Virus record (IMG/VR): IMGVR_UViG_3300032579_000010
Span: 31,016-95,015 of that record
Reading direction: 5' to 3' (one strand)
Source of the DNA: a virus
DNA: 64,000 bases
Position numbers and translations under genes: made by a program. This document shows positions 51,607 through 59,816 of this stretch, piece after piece (positions within the stretch are counted from its first letter, which is position 1; each line of letters opens with the position of its first letter). Under the pieces are notes generated by a model that was not told the DNA's origin, made no database searches, and worked only from the letters and a program-made list of their open reading frames with translations.

Positions 51607-52818
51607 CTAGCCGTTAGCAACCATTGGGCTTTGTAGTGCGTCAGCCTGAGCGTTTAGGCGACCAGCGTAAGCACGTTGAACTGCGGCAAGTCCACGTTGT
51701 TCTGAACGTGCATCATCATCGCCAGTTTCCTTTGCGTGGAGTCCAGCAATACCTTCGTGGCTTCCTGCGGCTTGCATACGCAACTTCGCAGCAGTACGGA
51801 GTTCTTCCGCAGCCTTTTCAGTACGACCTACAGCGAGGTGTCCCTGAGCAAGTGCTTCGTGAGCATCTGCGGCAGACTTCGAGGCTTCAGCAGACTTGGC
51901 GTAACGAGACATTGTTTGCTTCCAACCTTCACGAATACCTAGGCGTGGGAAGTTACGAGCACCACCAGTCCATTGGTTGCCGTTGAATGAGTGTCCGGGT
52001 TGAGCACCTGAACCAGCACCGCCCTTGGCGATGTAGTCCTGATAAGCCTCTGACTTTTGGAAGTCCTTAGTAAGAAGTTCGTCTGTGTCAAATGGGTTGT
52101 TTTCAGCACTCTTGCTCAAAGCACCAATAAATACTGCGAGTGGGATAAATCCAGTTCCACATCCGTCACAACCTTCGCCCATGCAAGCAGGGCAGGTTAC
52201 GTCTGGGTTTTCTGGGTAGTCCGATGAGTCATCGTCGTCTGAACTGTCGTCAGGTTGACCGCTAGCGTCAAGCATTACAGCAGGGCCGTCAGAAAAAGAC
52301 TTGGTGAGCGAGAAGTCAGGAACCATAACACCATTTTGGTTCATAATCAACTTAGGAGCAACCTCAACTACGTCATCTTCCTTTTCGGTTTCTTGGTCTT
52401 CAGGCTGGTCTGGACCGTCCTGAACCATTTGACCGTAGCGGTTAGGGATTTCACCCTTAGCCACAGCACGGATACCCTCAAGAGCAGACTTAGCAAGGTC
52501 GAGTTGCTCGTTAGCCTCAGTCGAAGCCTTGTCAGCGTCACGGAAACCAGCGAGAGCGTTGTTGTAAGCCTTGCGCAGTTCCTCACGGTTCCACGACGAC
52601 TTGGCTACAGAATCGAAGTAAGCGATTTCAGTAGCCTTGAGGGTGGCGGTTGCCTTCTCAAGACGGAAGTTGGCGTTATCCACTGCGGACAAAGCCACTA
52701 CCTCAGCCTGTGCGGCCTTAAGGATTTGCTCGCCAGCAACACGCTGGGCGTTCTTCTCGTCAATGCCCTTTTGTACAAACGCAAGGGTGCTGGGAGTTGT
52801 GGTCGTGGTTTTAATCAT
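51607..52818 (-). CDS. Head-associated cargo protein (coiled coil, CxxC Zn site, tag, His/Ala domain)
   Basis: Many hydrophobic-x-K-[SAG] sites; CPACMGEGCDGC; IAKGGAGSGAQPGHSFNGNQW. Confidence 0.7.
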   Translation of the reverse strand: MIKTTTTTPSTLAFVQKGIDEKNAQRVAGEQILKAAQAEVVALSAVDNANFRLEKATATLKATEIAYFDSVAKSSWNREELRKAYNNALAGFRDADKASTEANEQLDLAKSALEGIRAVAKGEIPNRYGQMVQDGPDQPEDQETEKEDDVVEVAPKLIMNQNGVMVPDFSLTKSFSDGPAVMLDASGQPDDSSDDDDSSDYPENPDVTCPACMGEGCDGCGTGFIPLAVFIGALSKSAENNPFDTDELLTKDFQKSEAYQDYIAKGGAGSGAQPGHSFNGNQWTGGARNFPRLGIREGWKQTMSRYAKSAEASKSAADAHEALAQGHLAVGRTEKAAEELRTAAKLRMQAAGSHEGIAGLHAKETGDDDARSEQRGLAAVQRAYAGRLNAQADALQSPMVANG

Positions 52819-52897
52819 AGGGATTTTGCCTTTCGCTCTATGGTGAAAATGCTACACCGTGTTTCGTAAATCCTTGTTCCTAAAGGTTTTTTATTGC

Positions 52898-53362
52898 TTA
52901 AAACTTTGCGTGAAGTGGGTGACTTTCATCAAGCCCATTGTCGTTGCGAGCACTCACACCGTTAGGTACAAATAGTGGGTGGCTTGGGTCAAGACTGTTC
53001 ATAGACTTTTCCACCTCGTCAGACTCAACCTCAACCTCAGGCTCAACCTCAGGCTCAACCTCGACTTCGGCAGACTTCTTAATCCACTGCTCAGGAATCA
53101 TGTCCTCGGCACCGAGAGCCTTGGCTTGCTCGATAATGTGAGCGTGAACAGCGTCTTGGTCTTTGGCACGACCAGCCGACTGAATAGCGTTGGCGAGGTC
53201 TTCCTTGTTAGCAATCGGGAAAGAACCGTCAGGCATAGCCTTGCCCTTTTCAGCAAGTGCTTGGCGCTCGTCTTGCGAAACTTCACGCTTCGAGACAACC
53301 TTGTGACCAAGTGACTTGGCTACCCACTCTGCGATTTCTGCGTCTGTGATTTGTTCTGACAT
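52898..53362 (-). CDS. Head-associated protein with PDGSFPI domain
   Basis: DAEIAEW leader; ERQALAEKGKAMPDGSFPIANKEDLANAIQSAGRA...HII..AKALG..IPEQW. Confidence 0.7.
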   Translation of the reverse strand: MSEQITDAEIAEWVAKSLGHKVVSKREVSQDERQALAEKGKAMPDGSFPIANKEDLANAIQSAGRAKDQDAVHAHIIEQAKALGAEDMIPEQWIKKSAEVEVEPEVEPEVEVESDEVEKSMNSLDPSHPLFVPNGVSARNDNGLDESHPLHAKF

Positions 53363-53380
53363 TTCAGTACGTTCTTTCTA

Positions 53381-54061
53381 TTAGGCGGTTGCTGGGAGGC
53401 GGTTAGCGTTACCTGCGCTCTGAACACCAGCGGTCAGGCTTTGTACGGTGTTAGAGGCGGTCTGCGCTGCGTCCTGAGCGATTTGTGCTCGCATACCAGC
53501 CATCGAAGCGCCAGCAGGGTCAGCCTGTCCGTCAATACGACCAGCGTCATTCGTCGCCTTAGAAGCGATTTCAGCAAGGTCGCCAGCGTGGTGGGCTGAG
53601 GCGTAGAGAGCCTTTGCCTGTTGGTGACCAGTAGTGCCCGTGTCTTGCTTACGAGCGGCCCAAGCGGCGTGGCGAGCGGCTTCGTTGAAGTGACGCATCG
53701 CATCGCCGTGTTGCCCAGCACGAAGGCTTGCCTGTGCTGCGTCGGCTTCTTGCTTAGCAAGGGCGAGGTGGGTGTTGCCTGAAAGGTATTCGTCACCACG
53801 GGCATTGTGAGCGGTGGCTTGGAATGAGGCAGAGGTGTGACCGTTTCCACGGAAAGGGTGACCATCGTGTTCACCTGAACCCGGTCCGCCCTTTTCTACG
53901 TTCTGTACGCAGTCGGGGCAATCTACGTTGCCGTCCTTAATGGTGCCAGTACCACCACAAGTCTCACAGTCGGGGTTAGGCGACTTCGCCTTTTCCACCT
54001 CACGGTAGGCAGGGATGTTCATCTCTTCGATGACTTCGTTAGTTTCAACGGCTTCAGACAT
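53381..54061 (-). CDS. Head-associated cargo protein (DnaJ-type Zn finger, tag, His/Ala domain)
   Basis: CETCGGTG...CPDC; VEKGGPGSGEHDGHPFRGNGH. Confidence 0.7.
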   Translation of the reverse strand: MSEAVETNEVIEEMNIPAYREVEKAKSPNPDCETCGGTGTIKDGNVDCPDCVQNVEKGGPGSGEHDGHPFRGNGHTSASFQATAHNARGDEYLSGNTHLALAKQEADAAQASLRAGQHGDAMRHFNEAARHAAWAARKQDTGTTGHQQAKALYASAHHAGDLAEIASKATNDAGRIDGQADPAGASMAGMRAQIAQDAAQTASNTVQSLTAGVQSAGNANRLPATA

Positions 54062-54150
54062 AGGGGTTCCTTTCGGACGGATTAAGTAGTGTCTACTGCC
54101 TTAAATGCTACCCCTAGTTTTAGAAATCTTGGTTTAGATACCCGATTTCA

Positions 54151-54609
54151 CTACTGCGCTAGGTCTGGGCGCTGGCTTAAGATGTAGCGAACCGACGAGT
54201 GGAAGTTGTTGTCCGTCAGGGCGTTAATGTCGGCTGGGGTCGCCTGATTCACAAGCCACTTCGGGATTGCGTCTGCTGAACGCTCGTCGTTGCTCATTTT
54301 GGGAGTTCCCTTAATGGCTTCTGCCATGTCGGGGTGACGGTCTTCCGCTTCCATAATCTTGGCGGCGGTGTCAGTCATTGGGACTTGGTTCCAGTCAGAG
54401 GCGTAATCGCTGGCTTTTACCGAGGAAAGTGCTTCGGGCGTATTGTTCTTGTCGCCCCAGTTTCCACCACCAGACGTGTACTGGTTACCGTGGAAAGCGT
54501 GTCCCGGCACGTCTCCTTTGGCTACGAGGTCTGGCTGAGTAGCCTCGCCCATAGAGGCTTGTAGCCAAGCCGTGATTTCAGCATCGCTTGTGTCTTCCCA
54601 GTTGGTCAT
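54151..54609 (-). CDS. Tagged cargo protein
   Basis: DAEITAW leader; VAKGDVPGHAFHGNQY. Confidence 0.7.
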   Translation of the reverse strand: MTNWEDTSDAEITAWLQASMGEATQPDLVAKGDVPGHAFHGNQYTSGGGNWGDKNNTPEALSSVKASDYASDWNQVPMTDTAAKIMEAEDRHPDMAEAIKGTPKMSNDERSADAIPKWLVNQATPADINALTDNNFHSSVRYILSQRPDLAQ

Positions 54610-54611
54610 TG

Positions 54612-55046
54612 TTAGCCCCTTGCGGCTCGGCTCATAGCATCGGCTGTTTTTGATGCGTCAGAGGCGTTAATAAGAGAATCTTGTAGGTTGCTGTTTGCTT
54701 CGTTGTACATATCACGCATTTCTGGCGTTGCGTCTGTTGCGCCAGCCATTCCAGCAGCGTCTTCGACGTTTTCCTTGGCTTCCTTAGCGTCTTGGTAAGC
54801 CTTTACAGCGTTGATGTGAGCCGTGACTGCCTTGTCGTTCAAAAGAGCAGTCTTTGTGTCGCCTAGGGCATCTGCCTTGTCACGAGCGATTGAGTGCGCC
54901 GTTGCTTGTCCGAGGTGATAAGAAATAGCCTCGTTAATGGCACCCCCAACGCCAGCGCCCCATTGGTTGCCATGAAAAGCGTGTCCAGCAACGTCGCCCT
55001 TGGCAAAACGTACCCAGTTAATGATTTCAGCGTTGAGTTCAGTCAT
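54612..55046 (-). CDS. Tagged cargo protein
   Basis: NAEIINW leader; FAKGDVAGHAFHGNQW. Confidence 0.7.
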   Translation of the reverse strand: MTELNAEIINWVRFAKGDVAGHAFHGNQWGAGVGGAINEAISYHLGQATAHSIARDKADALGDTKTALLNDKAVTAHINAVKAYQDAKEAKENVEDAAGMAGATDATPEMRDMYNEANSNLQDSLINASDASKTADAMSRAARG

Positions 55047-55049
55047 TAT

Positions 55050-55532
55050 TTATCCAACCATTGAGTTAAAAGAAGCGCTTAGAGCGTCGTTGCTTGCTTG
55101 GTGAGCGTCACTAGGAAGGTCGCTAAACGTAGGCAAATAGGCTTTGCCTTCACCGTTGTTTTCACCAAGAGCCTTTATGTACGCTTGGTGAGCAACGTCT
55201 GAGGCGTGGAGATTTGCTTCTGCTTCCTTAAGGTCGCCACGGTCGGCGTGAATACCCGCTAAGGCTGAGTGAAGAAGCGATAGGCGGTTGAGGTCATTAA
55301 CCTTTGTGCCTGTAGTGAGCATACGATTACGCAATGCAGAAATCTTTTGCGAAGCGTCACGCACCGCTAGGTTGCTGTGTTCACGGTCTGCCCCAGCGTG
55401 TGTCCCGCCAGACATTTGACCTGCCGACCACTGGTTTCCGTGGAAAGCGTGTCCGGGTACGTCACCCTTTGCTATTTCACCAACCTTCGCCCAAGTAGGT
55501 GCGAGGTTGTCTGTGGAAAAAGGATTATTCAT
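55050..55532 (-). CDS. Tagged cargo protein
   Basis: Start 55532 after AAAGGA RBS (in-frame upstream ATG at 55580); NPFSTDNLAPTW leader; IAKGDVPGHAFHGNQW. Confidence 0.7.
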   Translation of the reverse strand: MNNPFSTDNLAPTWAKVGEIAKGDVPGHAFHGNQWSAGQMSGGTHAGADREHSNLAVRDASQKISALRNRMLTTGTKVNDLNRLSLLHSALAGIHADRGDLKEAEANLHASDVAHQAYIKALGENNGEGKAYLPTFSDLPSDAHQASNDALSASFNSMVG

Positions 55533-55579
55533 TGTTATTCCTTTAGGCGAGTTGATTATTTCAGCATCTATGTCAGTCA

Positions 55580-56077
55580 TTAGCGATACTCATCGAATGG
55601 TGCTAGCAAAGAAGTTTTAAGATTGGCATTTACAGTTGCGTTAAATGCTTTTGAGGTAGCGTCTGACGCTGACCTTGCCTCTGGTTGGTTTGCCGAGTAT
55701 GGCTCTGCATCGTATTGCGCATTTTTAGCACCTAAGTGCGCCTCTGCTGCGTCAAGGTGCGCCTGATATGCGTCACCTGCTCTACCCCATCTTTGTGGTG
55801 GGATTTGACCACTTTGAACGGCATCTAGAATGTCTCTTGCAAGTTGAACGTGACCACTAGCAATAGTCCCGTGTTGGAAAGCCATTGCACTTCCGTTTTC
55901 ACCACGGTTTGAACGATTAACAACAGACCTAGAAGCAGTAGTAAGTGCCTTTGACTGCCCTACGGCTGTTGTTGCTTGCCATTGGTTGCCGTGAAAGGCG
56001 TGACCTACGACATCCCCTTTAAGGATTTCACTAGCCTTAGACCAGTTTGGAACGAGGTCGTTTGTATTGAATGACAT
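55580..56077 (-). CDS. Tagged cargo protein
   Basis: FNTNDLVPNW leader; ILKGDVVGHAFHGNQW. Confidence 0.7.
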   Translation of the reverse strand: MSFNTNDLVPNWSKASEILKGDVVGHAFHGNQWQATTAVGQSKALTTASRSVVNRSNRGENGSAMAFQHGTIASGHVQLARDILDAVQSGQIPPQRWGRAGDAYQAHLDAAEAHLGAKNAQYDAEPYSANQPEARSASDATSKAFNATVNANLKTSLLAPFDEYR

Positions 56078-56088
56078 AGTTGCTCTCC

Positions 56089-57609
56089 TTAGCGGTTTGG
56101 GAAGGTTGCTGGGTTGTCGTATTCGGTAGGAAGGTCAACTTCTACGCCAGCGCCGGTGCCACCGATTGAGTAGCCACGGATTTCGCCCTTCTTGACAAGT
56201 TCCCAAGCCCAAGGTTCCCATTGCACACCAAGGAATACGGTGCCAGCAGGGAACTGTTGCTTTGTGATTTCACCAGTGTCGGCTTTCATCATTGGAACTT
56301 CGACTTCGTGGGGCCACGTCAGTGCCTCAACCCACTTACCAGCCACAATGTTTACGTTGTGCTGAAGGCGAATGTCACGGTCACCGTTTTCTACATAACC
56401 CCAAAGAGCCTTTTGTAGTTCTTCTGGGTCTGTCCATTCGCCATGTGCGTCTGCACGGTTTGGAACGTACCAAGGACCAAGGGTGTAGCGAAGTTCTGCG
56501 TTTTTCTTGATTTGGTTAGGGATTTCAGTAATAACTTCTTTGCTCTTTTGCATCAAGTTTGCGTCTTGTACAACTTGTGGGTTCACAACGTCGTCAGACA
56601 GAACAGTCATGTTCTCAGGAACAAACTTAGGCTTGCGACGGCGTGAGCCGACCATTGTGCCAACGGCATCAACGTGAACTTCACTTACGCCCGGACCTTC
56701 TTTTTCCACCACAGTCTCGGCGGTGCGAGTCTTGGCTTCCTTGTACATTTCGTTGGCTTCGCCAGCGGCACGGATAAGGACGGGGACAATGTTGAACTTG
56801 CACCAGCCGTTAGGTGATACCTGCGTGGCAACCCAGTCGCAAGTGCCATTCATGTAGGCAATGCAACCAGAGCAGTTTCCAGCATCGCCAAAGGGCGAGT
56901 TGTCAGTGTATGAAGCGTCAGTCGTAGGGAAACGACCAATGTTGTCAACTACTGCGTCAATGCTTTCAGCAAGTTCGACTTGCCAAGGGTCAAGACCGTC
57001 CTTCCAGTGGTCGCCAAGGTCGCTGTCAAGAGCGGCGCTTGAGGAACTGGAACTGCTGGACGAGGACGAACTGCTGGACGAGGACGAACTGCTGGACGAG
57101 GACGAGGAACTGTCGTCGCTACTGTCCTTGTCATCAACGATTTCCACCACGGCAGGCGTACTCGACGTACTTGAACTGTCGCTTGACGACGAAGACGAGG
57201 AACTGCTTGAGTCGGAACTTGAGGAACTGCTCGAACTTTCGTCCTCACGGCTTTGCTGAACCGCCTGAAGGATAGCGGCGACGGTAGCAGGGTCTAGTTG
57301 TACCTGAACGGTGCCCATAGTTGAGTCGTCGCTGTCGTCAGAACTGTCGTCAGAACTGTCGTCCTGTGGCTCAATGGGAGCGGCGTTGAACGTGAATGGG
57401 AATCCAATCGCCTTGTTTTTTTCACCAACGGGGGCGAGAATAAGTGAGGATTCGCCTGCCTTCTCAACGGCAATCAGGTCGGCAGAAGCGTAGCCCTCGG
57501 TCAAAAGGTCGGCGGCTGACTTACGGAGTTCGTTGTCTAGGTGCTCGCTTACAATGATTTCAGTAAGTGATACGTCCTTGACAACATCGAGGATATTTAG
57601 TTCGTCCAT
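56089..57609 (-). CDS. Prohead maturation protease, XkdF-like, with long Ser/Asp-rich N-terminal region
   Basis: RYTLGPWYVP..DAHGEW...IRLQH...GTVFLGV..W..VKKGEIRGYSIGG; follows portal; CSGC...C...GWC motif. Confidence 0.85.
   Translation of the reverse strand: MDELNILDVVKDVSLTEIIVSEHLDNELRKSAADLLTEGYASADLIAVEKAGESSLILAPVGEKNKAIGFPFTFNAAPIEPQDDSSDDSSDDSDDSTMGTVQVQLDPATVAAILQAVQQSREDESSSSSSSSDSSSSSSSSSSDSSSTSSTPAVVEIVDDKDSSDDSSSSSSSSSSSSSSSSSSSSSSSSSAALDSDLGDHWKDGLDPWQVELAESIDAVVDNIGRFPTTDASYTDNSPFGDAGNCSGCIAYMNGTCDWVATQVSPNGWCKFNIVPVLIRAAGEANEMYKEAKTRTAETVVEKEGPGVSEVHVDAVGTMVGSRRRKPKFVPENMTVLSDDVVNPQVVQDANLMQKSKEVITEIPNQIKKNAELRYTLGPWYVPNRADAHGEWTDPEELQKALWGYVENGDRDIRLQHNVNIVAGKWVEALTWPHEVEVPMMKADTGEITKQQFPAGTVFLGVQWEPWAWELVKKGEIRGYSIGGTGAGVEVDLPTEYDNPATFPNR
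57040..57112. repeat. 18-bp tandem repeat encoding poly-Ser
   Basis: (gaactgctggacgaggac) x3. Confidence 0.85.
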
Positions 57610-57674
57610 AAAGGGTTCTCCTTATTGCCGCTTTGACATAAATGCTACCCCACACTTGGGAAAAGTACGTTTAG

Positions 57675-57788
57675 TTAGCGGAAGTGGCGGCGTGTTGGGG
57701 CAACGCCCTTAAACGGCACCGAACGAGCCTTTATGGTCGTCTGCTTTTTTTTTCCAGCAGAGTTAGTCGGCTTTATTCGGATTTTCAC
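57675..57788 (-). CDS. 37 aa very basic microprotein (below cutoff)
   Basis: GTGA overlap with portal stop; MKIRIKPTNSAGKKKQTTIKARSVPFKGVAPTRRHFR*. Confidence 0.45.
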   Translation of the reverse strand: MKIRIKPTNSAGKKKQTTIKARSVPFKGVAPTRRHFR

Positions 57789-59443
57789 GAAGTTGAGCCT
57801 TGGTTGTTAATAAGTGGGCTATTTGTAACTGGTCCGTTCTGACCTGTGGTGTTTCCCGTAGCGCCCTTGCCTGACGGCGGTGTTTGTCCAGTTTGACCGG
57901 GGTAGCCCTGACTCGAAATGTCAGCCATGATGCCACTGCCACCGCTTTGGTCGTTCTTTCCACCTTGGGGGTTTTGTACGCCACTAGGAGTTGTGTTGGG
58001 CTGTGCCGAAGCACCAGTTACCGCCGAGTTTGCGGCAATAAAGTTCTTTTTGTTGTCGTGGGTTTGCTCGGTCTGACCCGGCTGAGTCATGTTTTCACCA
58101 TAACGAGAGTTGTCGGCAACACCGTTGGCTTCTGGTCTGAAGGCTGGCAATCCAGCCAGTTCACGCAGGAAGTCCTCAAGGTTGTTGTCAGGCGTAAGAA
58201 GTTGCGACTGAGAAAGGTTGGTGAGGAACGTACCAAGTTCCACCAAGTCCACCGCAGAAACCTGACCATATGCCAGTTGGGGCATACGGGAAGTGTCAAA
58301 GCCGTTCAGCGACATTAGGCGTGGCAATGCGTGGCTGTTGAATACCTCACAAATCAGGCGAATCCAAGATTCCACTGCGGCGATAAACAAGTCCACCTTG
58401 GAAGCGCCCAAAGCGAAGGAACCGACGGATTCGTGACCCAACATAATGAAGTCAGCCAGAACCGTCATGGCAATCTGCTGGTTGTAGCGAGTAATGATTT
58501 GGTCAGTGTTGAACTGACGAGCACCGCCAGAGTTCATCAACTTAAAGTCCACTAACTGCTTGCCGTTCTCGTCAAACATCATTGGCAAGATAATGCCTTC
58601 GGCTTCGTTGCGCTTTACGCCTCGTACAATGCGTTCCATAGCGCCCAATGACGCTTTTTCACTAGGTGTGGCAGAGGCACTCATCCACTCGGCAGGAACG
58701 TAACCAACGGGCAGTCCAGCCAAGTCACGCTCAACGCCGACTGCCTCAAACTCTTCGATACGGCGCTTGTAGTACCACGACTTAAACGAGTTACGTAGGA
58801 CTGAGCGACCTTCTGGGTTTCCACGAGCGGTGGTGGTGCGGAACAGCAAAGCCTTTTCGATTGGGATAACGTTCAGGCGACCCGTCGTTGGGTCACGTTG
58901 AATCATTGCCTTGATTCCACCACTCTCGTCAAACTGCCACTGCCACAGACTGTCCTGTGCTCGCATAGCAATCTTGCGCCAGCCGACCTTGTTGTCGCTG
59001 AACTTGGAGCGCATTGACGGGTCTTTTTGTTCCGGTCCCTTGCGTTGCTTGTAGACAATCTCAAAGAAAGACCAGCCGTAAGGTAGAAAACTGAGGATAG
59101 CAATCATCAGTTCGTGCCACGAGTGGCTCATGTCGTCCATACATTCTTGGACAAAGGCGGCGACGGCACGGTCATTGTCCGTTGGCGTTTCACCAGTCTG
59201 GTCGTCGTAAGGGTCTACTCGCCAGTCCACCTGAAGGATTACACGTTCGATAGCAAAGAGGATTGACCCAATAATCGGGTCGTTTTCACTCATGTCACGG
59301 TAAGCGGTTAGTGCTTGTCGTCCTCGAAGTTGAGGCAGGATGTCGTCAATGACGAATCCACCCGTGCGCCAAAGACCCGTAGCACCCAGTTCTGAGAAGT
59401 TATCTACAGGTTGTAGAGGTATTTGTTCCTCGTTATCTGGCAT
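57785..59443 (-). CDS. Portal protein (Mu gp29/DUF935-like)
   Basis: ELGATG, YRDMSENDP, YGWSFFEIVY, GNPEGRSVLR, VERDLAGLP, GSFALG motifs. Confidence 0.9.
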   Translation of the reverse strand: MPDNEEQIPLQPVDNFSELGATGLWRTGGFVIDDILPQLRGRQALTAYRDMSENDPIIGSILFAIERVILQVDWRVDPYDDQTGETPTDNDRAVAAFVQECMDDMSHSWHELMIAILSFLPYGWSFFEIVYKQRKGPEQKDPSMRSKFSDNKVGWRKIAMRAQDSLWQWQFDESGGIKAMIQRDPTTGRLNVIPIEKALLFRTTTARGNPEGRSVLRNSFKSWYYKRRIEEFEAVGVERDLAGLPVGYVPAEWMSASATPSEKASLGAMERIVRGVKRNEAEGIILPMMFDENGKQLVDFKLMNSGGARQFNTDQIITRYNQQIAMTVLADFIMLGHESVGSFALGASKVDLFIAAVESWIRLICEVFNSHALPRLMSLNGFDTSRMPQLAYGQVSAVDLVELGTFLTNLSQSQLLTPDNNLEDFLRELAGLPAFRPEANGVADNSRYGENMTQPGQTEQTHDNKKNFIAANSAVTGASAQPNTTPSGVQNPQGGKNDQSGGSGIMADISSQGYPGQTGQTPPSGKGATGNTTGQNGPVTNSPLINNQGSTS

Positions 59444-59816
59444 CTCGACTCCGTGCGTCTATTGCTTCGCTTGCTTCTATAAGGCTACTACCCTTTTTCA
59501 GCATCGAACTAATCCGTCGTCGCTGACTGGGGCTATGTCCACCCCAGACACCCCACTGTTCGTCCAGTCCAAAGCGCAAGCACTCGTATCGAACGGCGCA
59601 ATCAAGGCACAACTTACGGGCTGGGGCTAAGTGGTTTCCACCATGAGCCGTTGTCTCTGGGTAGAACAAGTCAACGTTCTCTCCTTCGGGGGTTCTACAC
59701 AAAGCCATTTCCGTCCACCAAGGTCGCTGAAGCGCCAAGAACAAGTCAATGGGCATGAAGTCGAACTGGTGAGTTGCTTCCTTAAACTCGCCAAACTCGT
59801 TTTGGTTTTCCACCAT
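59433..59816 (-). CDS. whiB: WhiB-family transcription factor
   Basis: W...ALC...LFYP...ARKLCLDCAVRYECL...GVWGG.SP.QR; likely start MVENQ. Confidence 0.92.
   Translation of the reverse strand: MVENQNEFGEFKEATHQFDFMPIDLFLALQRPWWTEMALCRTPEGENVDLFYPETTAHGGNHLAPARKLCLDCAVRYECLRFGLDEQWGVWGGHSPSQRRRISSMLKKGSSLIEASEAIDARSRDAR

Noticed and set aside
48985-56025. Tag repeats as a CRISPR array or DGR template/variable repeats
   Set aside because: Copies are in-frame coding, irregularly spaced and differ at synonymous sites; no Cas or reverse transcriptase gene in the window
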